From the NCBI GenBank assembly GCA_028534125.1, contig CM052817.1, positions 1-64,000 on the forward strand: a stretch of 64,000 bases of DNA, in the 5' to 3' direction. The stretch's first letter is position 1. Each line of letters opens with the position of its first letter. Below the pieces are notes generated by a model. That model was not told where the DNA came from. It saw only the letters and a list, made by a program, of their open reading frames with translations, and made no database searches. A program made the translations under genes and the position numbers. The stretch is from Lama glama (lineage: Eukaryota). This document shows positions 49,501 to 61,596 of the stretch, one piece after another.

Positions 49501-52500
49501 TTTATGTACCAAAAACTGCCGTTGCAGTCTTGAGAGCACTAGAGTTTTGTGTGAATTGTGATTTTGTCAGCAGTTACTATCTGACAGCACCTCAGTGAAC
49601 CAATTCTGCTAGCTGCCTTTTTTTGGTAGAAGACAGAGAAATAACTTAGGAGTAAGGTCACTGAGGCTTATTTTTTAAATAAGGAATTCTTTAAAATATA
49701 AAGAATTTACAGGATCCAGTTTTGCTCCGTCAAGAAGTAGCAAGCAATGAGGATAGTAAGGAGTGGGTGCCTCCTAGCTGCTGAGGTGAAGCTGGAAAAC
49801 AGCTTTCCCAGGATTTACGGTGAGTCCTGTTGGCAGGGGGCGGCTCATGCCGACTGAATCAGGAATACCGCTTTTTGCACTTTCTGCCTGTCTAAGTGGC
49901 CGCTTCTCTGTTTTTAACGGTGATGTGGGTTGGTGCAAGCAGAGGCCGTTCCGGAGGACTGTTCATCAAATGTATTTCTCCAACCCTCTGACTCAGGCAT
50001 GCTTTTATAGAATTTATGTCAAAAATACAACTAGAGGAGAGGCCAGACATGGGGATACAGGCGTGTTCTCTGGAGCGCTACTTACAGTTGCACATAACAA
50101 AAAACACATAAGTGGCCGACGGTGGTGGTTTCAGGTTACATTTAAGTCTTTAATCCATTTTGAATTTATTTCTGTGCATGGTTTGATTCTTCTGCATGTA
50201 GCTGTCCAGTTTTCCCAGCACCATTTATTGAAGAGGCTGTTTTTCCCCATTTTATTTGTTGTTCCTTGGTTGTAGTTTAACTGACCATGTAAGTGTGGGT
50301 TCATCTGAGCTCTCCATTCTGTTCCATGAAGGGGTGTGTGTGTGTGTGTTTTGATTACTGCAGCTTTGTCTTATGGTTTAAAGTCAGGGAGTATGATTCC
50401 TCCAGCTTTGTTCCTCTTTCTTTGATTGTTTTAGCTAATTGGAGTCTTTTGTGTTTCCCTACAAATTTTGAGACTGTTTGTTCTAGTTCCTTGAAAACTG
50501 CCATTGATAATTTGATAGGGATTGCAGTAAGTCTGTAGATTGCCTTGGGTAGTGTGGTCATTTTAATAATATTGATTCTTCCGATTCATGAAGAGGGTGT
50601 GTCTTTCCATCTGTGTGTGTTGTCTTCAGTTTCTTCCATTGTGGCATCGTTTTCCTAGTACAGGTCTTTCACCTCCTTGGCTACACTTATTCCTGGGTAT
50701 TTTATTCGTTTGGAGGCACTTGTCAGTGGGATTGTTTTCTTCATTTCTCTTTATGATAGTTTGTTGTTAGTGTATAGAAATGCAGCCGATTTCTGTTTAT
50801 TAATTTTGTATCCTATAACTACTGAATTCATTGATGAGCTCTAGTAATTTTATGGCGGTGTCTTTAAGATTCTCTACGTATGGTATTATGGAATCTGCAA
50901 ACACTGACAGTTTTACTTCTTCCTTTCTAATTTGGTTTCCACCCCCCCTTTTTTTTTTCTTATCTGTTGTGACTCGAACTTCCAATACTATGTTGAATAA
51001 AAGTGGTGACAGTGAGCATCCTTGTTTTGTTTCTGATCTTAGGGGAATGCTTTCATCTTTTCACCATTGTGTGTGATATTAGCTGTGGGATTATCATATA
51101 TGGCCTTTATTACGTTGAGGTATGTTACCTCTGTGCCCACTTTCTGGAGAGTTTTTATCATAAATGAATGTTGAATTTTGTCAAGTGCATTTTCTGGGTC
51201 TACTGAGATGATCATGTGATTTTTATTTTTCAGTTTTATTTTTCAGTTAATGTGGCGTATCACTTTGATTTGTAGATATTGAACCATCCTTGCTTTCCTG
51301 GGATAAATCCCACTTCATCACAGTGTATGATCCTCTTAATGTATCGTTGAATTTGGTTTGCTAACATTTTATTGTAGGCTTTGCATCAATGTTCATCAGT
51401 GATATTGGCCTATAAATTTTTTCTTTGTTTTTTATTTTATTATTTAAAAAAATTGTTTTGTATTGAAGTATACTCAGTTTACACTGTTGTGTCAATTTCT
51501 GGTGTAGCCTATAATTTTTTGTGTGATATCTTTGTCTAGTTTTGGTATGAGGGTGATGGTAGCCTTGTACAATGAGTTTGGAAGCATTCCTTCCTGTGCA
51601 ATTTTTTGGAATAGTTTCAGAAGGATAGGTGTTAACTCTTCTCTGAATGTTTGGTATTGCTTTTCTAGAGAGAAAGAAAAGCAGGTGTCATCTCTGGAAG
51701 GGTCAGAGTGAGTTCTGAGGGCTATGATCAAGTCATGTGGGTGGCCGAGGGGCACAAGGGGCTCACCTGGAAACAGGACGTGTCAACTGGTGTGGGGAGT
51801 CAGGGTGATACTGAGGGCCTGGCTGAGGTGACAGCAGAGTGGCAGGACTTCACCTGAGGCAGGGAGGTCAGGTAGGGAGACATCTTGAAGGCTGTTCACT
51901 TCAGAGTCTGAGGCTCTGGACAGATGTCAAGGCTAGATGTCAGTGTGAGGGGGTTCAATATGGAGTGTTTGTTTAAATCTCAGAGTGTGGTATATGAGTA
52001 AATTCCTCTTTTCTCTCAGGTAGACACACCTGATTTCAGTGTCTCTCACTTACCTTTCATGGATACAACGGCTTGTACCTCATTGGTGTCCAGAACGTAG
52101 GCAGTGCCCCGCTTCCCTAACCTGCACTGCTTGTTCTCACCCTCTTGTGAGATGCTTCCATTCTAGGTTGAGCCTGGATCCAAGTCCATTCGGATTCTAG
52201 AACCATTCTGTTTCTAGATCTTCTCTGTTTCTAGATCTTCCCTGGTTCTGGATCTTCCCTGGTTCTAGATCTCCTAAAAGCTGCTTCTCTCCTGTCAGCC
52301 CCAGCTGCTGCTGTCCATGTGTGCTCTAGAGCCCTTTACACTTAACTCTTGACCTTCTTCTCCACCCTGAAGCCCGAGCCTGGCTTGAGGGGAGGCCCTG
52401 ATTGGCAGCTCTCCATGTGCAGGCACAGCCAGCTGGCTGGGCCAGGAGGTGGGCCTGCTGAAGGCGAGGGGGACGCACGCTCTCCTGCTCTCCATCCAGC

Positions 52501-55500
52501 CCACCCTGGCCCTTCCTCCATAGAAAGCCCAGCCTCCTTCCTCTCTGGAACTTCTCCCATTGCTTGAACCTTTGCTGGTTCCTCCTTCTGTAACCCCTGT
52601 GGGCCGTCCTTAGCACTCAGCACATCATGTCAGTCTCTGGTGTTCCCACACTGCCAGGCACGTGAGAGAGTGTGTCCCACTGTTTACATTAAACTGACCA
52701 CACTGAAAAAGGAAGTTTTTAAAAATGCGTAAACCATTTCCTAAGAAAATCTGATACAGGAAAATTCAGTTTTTGATACAGATACATTATTAGGGTGCTT
52801 ATTTCATTTAAAATTTTATTTAGTTAGTATTACTTTATTGTATTATTTTAAATGATCAGCTTTTCTAGTATGTATAGAATGTTTGAGTTATGAAATTTAT
52901 TTAAACATGTTTTAGGAATATATGTGTTTCATAAGACAAAATTCTTCAGTATGGGTCGTAAATTGTATCCTCTACAGATGGGTGTAAATGAAGTGGTAAC
53001 ATACTTAATTCATACTAACATTTCACATTTACTCTGTGCCAGACACTTTACATTTGTTCTCTTGTTTAATTCCCAGGATAGCCTTGTGAGGTGTAGGTAC
53101 CATTTCTCTTCATTTTATGAGTAACAAAGCTGAGCATCAGAAGTTGTAATTAACTCACCTCCAGCAACAGAGTCAGCAAGGGGCAGAGCCCAGACCACCC
53201 TGGCCCTGCCTTTCTCCAGACCCCACAGCTTGGACTGCACCTCTGTATGTGTGTATCCGTATACACATGCGAGTACTTAACTTCAGTCTGCTTGGTTGTG
53301 AACATGCTTGGTTGTATCTTGGCATTTATGGAAGTTCTTGACAGAGCTGGACCCTATCCTGCTGCAACAGTTTTTCAAATTAACTGTGTGAAGCAGGTGG
53401 ACGGGGTTTTTGTCTCTGGTCTTGTACCCAGGTGATCCTTGGGCCGAATGAGCAAGATTTCCCATAAGCCAGCTCTGTCAGAGAAGTGCTCACAGAGAGG
53501 GCCAGCCGCTCGGAGAAGGCAGGCCTGTCAGCCCCCAGCAGGGGTCTTGGGGAAGCCGATGTGCAGAGGCAGACACCCCTACGGCCAGAGAGTCCCTGGA
53601 GGGCAGGTGCTGAGGCTTGCGTAGTCAGTTCAGTAGACACATGGTTTCAAGGGAAATTGTGGGTTGAATTTTTCTAGTTGGTGCTAGTGAATCTAACTGT
53701 TTTGCTTTTTTAGGGGCATTACTGAAGCTCGTTTTGTTTATGTCTTTGTCCTTGGCATTCTGTTCACGGGCACCAAAGACTTGCTTAAATCTCAAGTCAT
53801 CCCCACGGACTTTGCAGCCAGGACCCTGGGCCTCTGGGAGGTGTACAGCGGCTTGGTGCTTCTGGCAGCACTGCTCTTCCGACCACACAACCTCCCCGTC
53901 CTAGTGCTGAGCCTCCTGGTCCAGGCCATCCTGACCACATTCGTCTGGAGGCCGCTGAGGCACGACGCAGCTGAGATCACCGTGATGCATTATTGGTTTG
54001 GTCAGGCGTTCTTCTATTTTCAGGTAGGTGTTCGTGATCACTGCAGGTAGAAAACAACAATAACTCTTTATGTCCCTTGTCCTTAGTTTTCTTTGAGAAA
54101 ATTTTACCGTAAGCTGGGAAGTTATAACGTCTGTCTAGTGAAGGAGCTGTCAGTGTGATGTGGTATATTATGCTTAAACCTCACATATATTTCATAAGAA
54201 AAAGTACATTTACTCATTTAAGGCAGACGTCCTTGGTGACGACATGTAGTTGCTGTGCTGGGTCTGATTACACGGGCAGTCGGGGATGCACATCATGTTT
54301 CCATGATTTATCGGAGGTGGATGATAACTGTGCTCTCGTCCTCCACCCCTGCCTGTCAGCACTGGGCACTGTTGGGTCTCCCCACTTGGTCATTAATCCC
54401 CCAGGGCCCTGTGGTTTTGTCACTTCTTCTCTTGAGTATTGAGGGCCCATCAGAGGCAAGTTCAGGGGACCTCCAGGGTAGACCTCAGTATGCACCTGTG
54501 TACTTGGAATGGCGCCTGGGCAGCTGGACAGAGTTAGGGTTAGTGTCCAGCTCCTGGCCTCGGAGGGACGCAGTTCCATCCCAGCCTTCCTGCGTCACCA
54601 CCCTGGCCAAGGAGCACTCATGAGGGTGGACACATGAGCTCTCTGGCCAAGGAACTTTGCAAACCTCCTGAGCGTCTGTGTCTTCCCATCTCTACAATGA
54701 AGGTCTGTCTTTCCTTTGTGTCACTGGCTCCTCCCTTCTCCTCCACTGAGACCCCTGAGGCTTATCTGGTTCAGTGTGTCTCCAGCTTGGCCCAGGGCCT
54801 TTTCCTCATCTCCTCCTCCCCTGGTTTCCTGACACTCACCTCAGGTGCGTGGCTTTTCCTTCTGTTTCCTAAAGCCCAAGAGTGGGCGGGGGTGAAGTTC
54901 TGTAGGTCCGTAAGTGCAGGAGGGATCCGACCTGCCCCTGAGCCTCCCCCGAGCCTCAGACCCCTCTTTCCTTCCCTTTCACTGCAGCTGTAGCTCTCCC
55001 CTGACAGCCCACGTGCTCCTGTCTCCAGCCGTGCGCTCCTGCAGCATCCAGGGTGGCAGTTCCCAGCAGAGCTGCAGGCAGGTTGTCCTGACCCTGGTGC
55101 TCAGCACCTCTGAGCTAGGAGGCCTCTTGCAGGCATTTGCCATGCCTCAGTTTCCTCATCTGTAAAATTGGGTCATAAACTCATAAGTAATTCACCTCCT
55201 TCTCAGGGGCTGTGAGGGTTAGATGAACCAGCGTGAGAAGCAGGAGGTAGCCCGTGTGCGTAAGCTCTCAGCGCCAGCTGGCCTTCATCAGGACCCTGCC
55301 GAGAAGTCAGAGTTGGGGTCCGTGCAAACCTGGAGGGTGGCCCGCCTCCCTGGGGTCCAAGCTGCCCATCACAGGAAGGCAGCCCCTCTGACAACCAGAG
55401 CGCCGGGACCACAAGTGCCATTCTTTGTGTGCCTCACGTGTTTTACCACTGAGGACACATCTTTTTCTTAGCTATCAGAAGAAAGTTCGAAGGTCCCAGG

Positions 55501-58500
55501 CATCGCAGACGTGGGGAAATGCAGAGCATGCCCAGTGGTCCCAGAGCACCAGCTGGGAGCAGGAAGAAGACAAAGGAACCAGTGTGGACAGGGCGCCGAA
55601 GAGGCAGAGAGGGAGGAGACTGGGGGTCTGAGCACCTGTTCCGTGTGCATCGGGGCCCCTGCATCAGTGACCACCAAATGACATGCAGCCGAAGGAGGAG
55701 GCGGTGGGGTCTGGACTCATGTCCTGGGCCATCAGATAAAGAGTTCCAGGTCAGGAGGGCCTTCGCTGGGCCGGGACAGACATTTGTGCTGTCAGATTTG
55801 TAAATGTCATGAGTGTCTGAGGAAAGGACACCAGTATCAAAGACTGGAAGTGGACCCCGCCCTTGGATTCAAACCCGCACCCTTCCTGTGCAGGACGAGC
55901 TATCCTGTTCCTGGCCGGGCCTGGGCAGTGACTGCCAGGATCTTGAGTCTGACACATAAGCCAGACACCAAGCAGCCAGCCTGCCCTCTGCCACCCAGCA
56001 GCAGCGCCCACCCTCAAATGAGCCGTGTGGCAACGCCACCCTCAGCCCCCAGGGCCATGTGCAGCCTTCAGACAGTGTCCCTGAGGAGGGAGGTCAGGGT
56101 GTCTGTCTAAGTGAGATGAGCTGGGGAAAGTTTGAAATTTTCCATAGTTGTCTGCAGACACATTTATATAGTTTCTCGAAGGTAAGGGACATTTCACTTG
56201 CTCCTCCACACTTGGGAGTAAGGCAGGCAGGTGGAGGGGCAGCTCATCCAGGGTCAACCCCAGACCAAGAGTGGATGGGCAGCTGGGGCTCCTGTGTGTC
56301 CACGTCACCATGATTGTGGCTCTCACGGTCGCTAGTGGCCGTGTCATGACACTAGCTGGGTCGGCCGTGTTTCTTCCATGTGCAGGGAAACTCAAACAGC
56401 ATCACCACCGTGGACATCTCGGCAGGCTTTGTGGGCCTGGACACCTACATGGAGATCCCAGCCGTGTTCTTGACAGCATTTGCGACATACGCGGGTCCCG
56501 TGCTGTGGGCCAGCCACTTGGTGAACTTCCTGAGCTCAGAAACCAACAGGTGAAGCTCTCCTTTGTCTTTAACGCAAACTCTGGTGGCAAGTTGACAGTT
56601 TTGAAGAGCCACTCCTGTTCCAGAGACAGGATGTCTGAAACCCAAGGGCTCAAAGGTCTTTGTCATCACTTTCCTTTTCCTTAAATAAGAATGAACAGTC
56701 CACAGCGTGTGGGTCAGAGGCAGGTGTGGGGGCGGTTCTGCGTGGGGCCGCTCAGGCCCTGTGTCAGGATGGCCGGGCCTCTGCTGGTCTCGTCCAGCTC
56801 GTACTGAGGTGTGGCCTCCAGAGACACAGGAAGGAAACTCCCTTCTCACTTCCTCTGCTTGCTGGTGGCCTGGTGGAGGTGGGAGATGAGAAAGCAGGAT
56901 CTTTGCTGGAGAAAGGATCCTGGACAGTGCAGAGGGGATGCCCCGGGGGGTGCTGTCCCCCATGGCAGCCGACGGTCCCCAGCCCTGAGGGCTCCTTTCC
57001 TGCCCCACCATCCTGCCCAGCAAGCTCCCTCCTCCATCCTTCCCCTTCTGTTTTCTCCACAGCATCCTCACTGTCACGTCCAGTGCCCCCTTACTTGTTT
57101 ATATACTGCTTCCTGGGAAAGGGGGCTTCACAAGGCAGGGGCCCCCAAGTTCTGTCTGCGAGGTAACCTTCGAGCCTGGGCCAGTCTGAGAGCAGCCCAA
57201 GTGGGGCATGGGCTGAAGACCCTGTGCCCCCAGTGCAGGCCGGCCCCCTGTCTGAGAAATGGGGCCCATGCGCGGTGCTGGGGGTGTGAGAAGGGCAGGG
57301 TCCGTCTGGGCTCCCTCAGTGCCACATCCACCTCACAGCTGCAGTCAGCAGCAGTGCCTGTGAATCCGTAGCAGACTCGGATACACAGTCCACAGGCCTG
57401 GCCTCCATCCACGCACTGGCTGCACTAGGTGGGCTGTGGAACCCGTGGGGTGCAGCCTGTTAGGGAGGCCCCAGGAGCGCACTGTGACCCAGTCCTCTGG
57501 GAGTGTTGCCGAGGGGAGGACGGGGCTTCCTGTCCCCATCACCCCCCCAGGCCCCTCTCCTCTACCCCAGTTAAAAACATAGCCATCGCTGTCCTTTGCT
57601 GAGGTTACGGGAATTGTAACCCCTTTGGGTGTTACTGTGGAAGGAACCCGAGTCAGAGTCCTCTACACAGGTGATGTTCACCATGTGTGAAATAGAAGTG
57701 CCTGGTCAGGAAGGAAGTGGGGTCAGCAGGCTCCTGGCTGAGTAAGACACCCCGACACCCCCTAGGAGAGGGGCAGCGGAGCCCCGTGCCAAGGCCCGTT
57801 GCTCACAGAGCTTCTCCCCAGGGGTTCTTGTGCTGGGTGCTGGTGCGGTGGCCCTGGGAAGGGAGGAGGTAATGCTCCAGGGCCCAGCTCTCTGGGGATC
57901 CCCTGCCTGATGGACTGGGTCCCAAGTGGAACCCGTGGTGTAGGCATGAGGACTCACTCCAGGAGCTCACGGTCTGTTGGGGGCAGCAGGGAAATGAACC
58001 AGTTATGCGCCATCCCGGAGGAGGGGCTGCAGGTGGGAGTGACCACAGCCAGTGGAGACTGCCCGTGCAAATAAGCAGAGCATGTTCCTGCTGAGGGTGA
58101 GGGCGGTGAGAGAGCCCAGGGGTAGGGCAGGCCATTTGGGGCTGCGGGTCCTCTGGGCGCAGGAGAGCCGCAGCAGTGCTGTGACCACAGAGATGCCGCC
58201 CGTGGGCTCACTGCGGAGGTGGGGGGGCAGGGGGGCAGAACTGGAACTGGGCTTAACCAGAATCTGGGAGCCTGACCTCCGAGGGTCTGTGGGGTGGATG
58301 AGAGTGAAGGGTGCCTGGAACTTGCTGTCTTGCAATAGTCGCAATCTCAGGAAGTTGCCTTAAGGGAGCAGGTTAATTTTATGTCATGGTTTGTCGGTGG
58401 CAGTATGTTTGTGCACTCTGAGGGGTTGCTTCCGTTTCAGGAAGGCTCTGCCTCCCTGTTTGCGTAGCACACACCCTGGAGCCAGTGTCCCCAGACCAGG

Positions 58501-59069
58501 CGCCGCGGGGCAGCATGTGCATCTCATCCTTGTGTGGCTTTCTTTTCTTTGTTTATATTTTATAATGTGTGTACAGTTCTTAAATAAATGACTATGTAGA
58601 ATTTGGGGGTGCATTTTCGACAATGTTTGGCAGATTGTGGTGGCCCTGGAGAGTGACTGGAGCTGCCCATGTGCAGCTCTGACTCCTTAGCACCTCAGTG
58701 GCCGCCAGGCTGACCAGGCCCAGACTTCAAGTGGCGGGGGAGGGGCGTGCTCCCAGGAGCAGGAACTGCCGCAGCCACTTTCAGTGTAGACTGTGGCTAC
58801 ACACGGTAAGGAGGTGGCGTCTGTGTACTAACACGTATTTCCCTTTTGTTAACAGCAGCGCAGCACTGAGCCATGCTTGCTTCTGCTACGCATTGGTTTG
58901 TTCTTTTCCAGTTTCCGCCTACATCATTTTGGTGACATCTCTGCGTTACCATTTATTTATATGGAGTGTGTTTTCTCCGAAACTTCTCTATGAGGGAATG
59001 CACCTGCTCGTCACAGCTGCGGTCTGTGTGTTCTTCACAGCCATGGACCGGACCAACACAAAGTCTTAG
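30542..59069 (+). CDS. PIGG: PIGG, GPI ethanolamine phosphate transferase 2; full spliced CDS: join(30542..30695,31594..31799,37234..37443,38691..38879,39675..39816,42435..42647,44362..44579,44941..45222,46569..47026,49259..49450,53714..54023,56386..56549,58856..59069) = 2952 nt, 983 aa
   Basis: 13 exons with GT-AG boundaries and consistent phases join into one [15 protein letters not shown]...MDRTNTKS*. It has alkaline-phosphatase-superfamily motifs ([28 protein letters not shown]) and a multi-TM C-terminal region ending [17 protein letters not shown], matching recalled human PIGG. Confidence 0.97.
31594..31799 (+). CDS. PIGG: PIGG exon 2 (206 nt)
   Basis: Acceptor ttttag|[17 protein letters not shown]...[10 protein letters not shown]; donor AAG|GTAAAC. 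Confidence 0.96.
35429..35532 (+). mobile_element. tRNA-derived SINE, camelid vic-1-like
   Basis: GGGAGGGTAATAATTCAGTGGCAGAGTG...GGGTTCAATCCCCAGT (pol III A/B boxes) followed by an A-rich tail. Confidence 0.75.
37234..37443 (+). CDS. PIGG: PIGG exon 3 (210 nt)
   Basis: Acceptor ctgcag|[13 protein letters not shown]...[10 protein letters not shown]...SDYTE; donor GAG|GTCAGT. Confidence 0.96.
38691..38879 (+). CDS. PIGG: PIGG exon 4 (189 nt)
   Basis: Acceptor atcaag|[12 protein letters not shown]...[10 protein letters not shown]...LLSE; donor GAG|GTGAGG. Confidence 0.96.
39675..39816 (+). CDS. PIGG: PIGG exon 5 (142 nt)
   Basis: Acceptor tcgcag|[28 protein letters not shown]...; donor G|GTGAGA. 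Confidence 0.95.
39960..40960 (-). mobile_element. L1 3' end in PIGG intron 5 (antisense)
   Basis: ORF 40510-40860 encodes the L1 ORF2 C-terminal Cys-rich domain ([19 protein letters not shown]...LLHCWWEC); T-rich tail on the left. Confidence 0.92.
42435..42647 (+). CDS. PIGG: PIGG exon 6 (213 nt)
   Basis: Acceptor ttctag|[28 protein letters not shown]...VPSYKK; donor G|GTGAGC. Confidence 0.95.
42830..43700. mobile_element. L2 remnant in PIGG intron 6
   Basis: CATTCAGCAAATGTTGAG start, CAGGATTTGCTGATGCACTGGAT, GAATTTCAAGAAGGAGG. Confidence 0.65.
43532..43576. repeat. (TG)n microsatellite, ~22 units
   Basis: Directly visible. Confidence 0.97.
44362..44579 (+). CDS. PIGG: PIGG exon 7 (218 nt)
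   Basis: Acceptor tgtcag|[18 protein letters not shown]...GTVVVLE; donor GAG|GTATGG. Confidence 0.95.
44941..45222 (+). CDS. PIGG: PIGG exon 8 (282 nt)
   Basis: Acceptor ttccag|GTT; hydrophobic segments [11 protein letters not shown]...GKLLSQ; donor CAG|GTAGGG. Confidence 0.93.
46569..47026 (+). CDS. PIGG: PIGG exon 9 (458 nt)
   Basis: Acceptor ttgcag|ACT; ...[17 protein letters not shown]...[18 protein letters not shown]; donor AG|GTGAGA. Confidence 0.94.
49259..49450 (+). CDS. PIGG: PIGG exon 10 (192 nt)
   Basis: Acceptor tttcag|[16 protein letters not shown]...YCYRAAIG...KDIS; donor AA|GTAAGT. Confidence 0.95.
50128..51660 (-). mobile_element. L1 ORF2 fragment in PIGG intron 10 (antisense)
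   Basis: Minus-strand ORFs [49 protein letters not shown]. Confidence 0.92.
52208..52275. repeat. 17-bp minisatellite, 4 copies (CTGKTTCTRGATCTTCY)
   Basis: ctgtttctagatcttct / ctgtttctagatcttcc / ctggttctggatcttcc / ctggttctagatctcct. Confidence 0.9.
53714..54023 (+). CDS. PIGG: PIGG exon 11 (310 nt)
   Basis: Acceptor ttttag|[12 protein letters not shown]...RPHNLPVL...[10 protein letters not shown]; donor CAG|GTAGGT. Confidence 0.95.
56386..56549 (+). CDS. PIGG: PIGG exon 12 (164 nt)
   Basis: Acceptor gtgcag|[21 protein letters not shown]...LSSETN; donor AG|GTGAAG. Confidence 0.94.
58856..59069 (+). CDS. PIGG: PIGG last coding exon 13 (214 nt to stop)
   Basis: TACTAAC branch point at 58826-58832, pyrimidine tract, acceptor aacag|[12 protein letters not shown]...[19 protein letters not shown]...TKS, stop TAG at 59067-59069. 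Confidence 0.95.
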
Positions 59070-59242
59070 GCTAAACCACTGAGGCACTGGAAAAATAATT
59101 TAATTTTAAAGTACTGTTTATTTCATGGATTGGCATGATAAAAAAATCTATTTAAATGCAAGATCATTCTGAAAAAAAAGACGTAAATTCTACCATGTTG
59201 ATGAATAGCTTCAATTTCTATGACGACTGTACTTGAATTTAG

Positions 59243-59648
59243 ATTAAATAGTAAGTGGTTTAATATAAAGTCACTTAGTTTGGATATGAATTATATTCCC
59301 CTGCTGACAGTCACTCCAGAAACTTCTAAACTTTTAATTTCCTCGGGGTAGGTTATGATATGACCCAAATATATGTGTTTAAATAGAAGAAGACACTTCC
59401 AGGTTTGTCATGGTGCGTGTGAACTTCAGAGAGCCCTGGGGCTCTGTTGGGAGGAGGATGTCCTTCTGCCAAGGTTCACCTCACAGAGCTCGGGGAGCCT
59501 TGTAATACCCTGGAAGCCACTGGGGTCCCCAGGAGCTTCGGTTTATGTGATTACTTCTGTCAGCATTGATGGCATTTAAAATTAAAACTAATTCTATGTA
59601 TATATAAAATACATATTCATTTGAAATATACATTCATTTGAAAATAAA
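59243..59648 (+). terminator. Candidate PIGG polyadenylation signals
   Basis: ATTAAA at 59243 and 59581 and AATAAA at 59643 in an AT-rich 3' region. Which one is used cannot be determined from sequence. Confidence 0.5.
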
Positions 59649-59649
59649 G

Positions 59650-60660
59650 ATATAAACCCATTGCGTGTTAATATAACATTTTTAAGGGGAAAAAACCCTA
59701 TATTTTCCAAAACAAAAGTATTTAGCTGGGAGGGTGGCATTGTTTTACATTTTTTGCAAATCTAATGTCTGGCTTAATTGAAGACAGTTGGATTCTGCTT
59801 TCAGTCCATTGTGATGCGTGGGTGTGGTTAAAGTAGTCACAGATACGCAGTTGCTTTAATGTCCTTTTCTGATCATTGTGGATGTTCTTTTTTTTGACAC
59901 TGCGCTAAAATTCAACAGGTGATGGTTTCTTCCAAGTTAGCTGGCAAAGAAAGAAACAAGTGCTTGTGAACAGATGAGACCTGCCGGGTCCATGCCTGCT
60001 ACCAGACTGGCACCAGCCTCTCTTGCCAGTTTTGACAAGTGCTGTGGCAATACTATCACTAGGGGAAGCTGGGTGCATGGTATGTGGAGCTGTAATATTT
60101 TTGCAACATCTTGTGAGATTTAAACTTTTCAAAATAAAAGTTATTTTAAAAAAGAAAAGAATAGTCATATTGTAGAATCTGAAACCGTTATCAATGATCT
60201 TCTGTGCTCTGTGGCGTTCAATCCATTGATCTGTCTGCACAATGAGTGGATCTTTTTCCCAGGTGTGGTCCTGTAACATCTGTGTTATCATTTGGAAAGT
60301 GACGATTCTGTGAGTTATATAGCTCTTCCAGTGTTGACACTGTCCACTATTCAGGACCAGAATTCACTTGTTACATCGTCAACAGTCTCATCAGAAAAGT
60401 CTGAGAATATTGGAAGCTCACAGTGGCAAATGCAAGTTTTCTAAGACTCTAACTTACATGTGAAAACTCAAATTTTGTGATTGACAGTAAGTTCTGAGTG
60501 TTCTTTTTTTTCTCCTGGGACTGACAGTCTCACTCTGTTCGTTTTGAAGATAATGTCTGCCACAGACCCAAACTTGAATAACCGGTTTGTCACTCTTTCA
60601 GGTACAGGTGCATTCGGGGACGGGGCTTTTTCTGGAGACAACCTCCGGTGTGGGGGCAGC
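59650..60660. mobile_element. hAT-Charlie1-like DNA transposon, interrupted at ~59946-60170 by an L1 3' fragment
   Basis: GTGGCATTGTTTTACATTTTTTGCAAATCT...AATGTCTGGCTTAATTGAAGACAG...GAATCTGAAACC...TCTCATCAGAAAAGTC resemble recalled Charlie1. Confidence 0.75.
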
Positions 60661-61596
60661 ACCGTGTGCACTCCCACCTCCCGCAGGGTTGCCCTGCTTC
60701 TGCAGCACGTGCTGCAGGAACCTGGTGGTGAGGAGCCCAGTGACCACAGGGCATGACAGTTTGACCCACTGTTTGTTGCTCTTCACGTACTTGGCGCCCG
60801 GTCTCAGGCAGCCTGTAGACAGTATTCAGAATGAACCTCTGACCCTTCTTGCTGAGGTCCTAAGTATTAGAGGCCGACTCCGGTTTCCGAACAAGTATTT
60901 GCTTAGTGGGTGCCTGTATGCCCTGGGCCCTGGTTACGTCAGTGAACAAAACAGAGACAGTCTCTCATGGTGCTGACCTTCTAATGGAAGGAGGCCGTAT
61001 CACTCAGATCTGTCGTTCCATGCAGGGAAGAGTATAGAGTGACAAAAATGCTACTTTCAGAGAGGATGTTCAGAAACAGTTTTTCTGAGGAAGCAGTTTT
61101 TGAGCGGCATCCTGAGCAGTGTGGACAAGCTGTGGTCAGCAAGGACCAGCAAGTCAGAGCCCCAAGGCAAGAAAGAATGGGGAAAGATGTGCGAATAGGG
61201 AGGAGGTGGAACAGGTTCGCCAGCGTGGCCCCTGGGTTGTTGCAGGAGTACTGGGGCCAGGGCAATAGGGGGTTGACCAGAAGGCCGGCGGGAGGTGGCA
61301 GGTGCTCCAGAGGGAGTTGCTGAGTGAGATGGGAAGGCCTGTGTGCAGGGCCCTTTGCTATGACCTTCCTACCACCTGGGACCATTATCAGAACTAATCA
61401 CAGGTGAAAACAGGTGTAGAGGCTGAAAATCCTGCTTGAGGCCACAGAGCTGGGAACTGTTGTGGGCCATCTGATCAGACAGCACTAGGCTCTGCTGTGG
61501 TGAAGGACATGGTGGGGTGAAGAGTTAAGTGTGAGAGAGCAGGTCTGGGGTCAGGGGCAAGTCCAGGAACAGGGGCTGGTCCAGGGTCATGGGCAG

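Noticed and set aside
52208..52275. CRISPR-like array
   Set aside because: Direct tandem units without spacers, in a mammalian intron.
60478..60487. Second TGATTGACAG decamer
   Set aside because: It lies within a decayed Charlie1-like element and has no supporting context.
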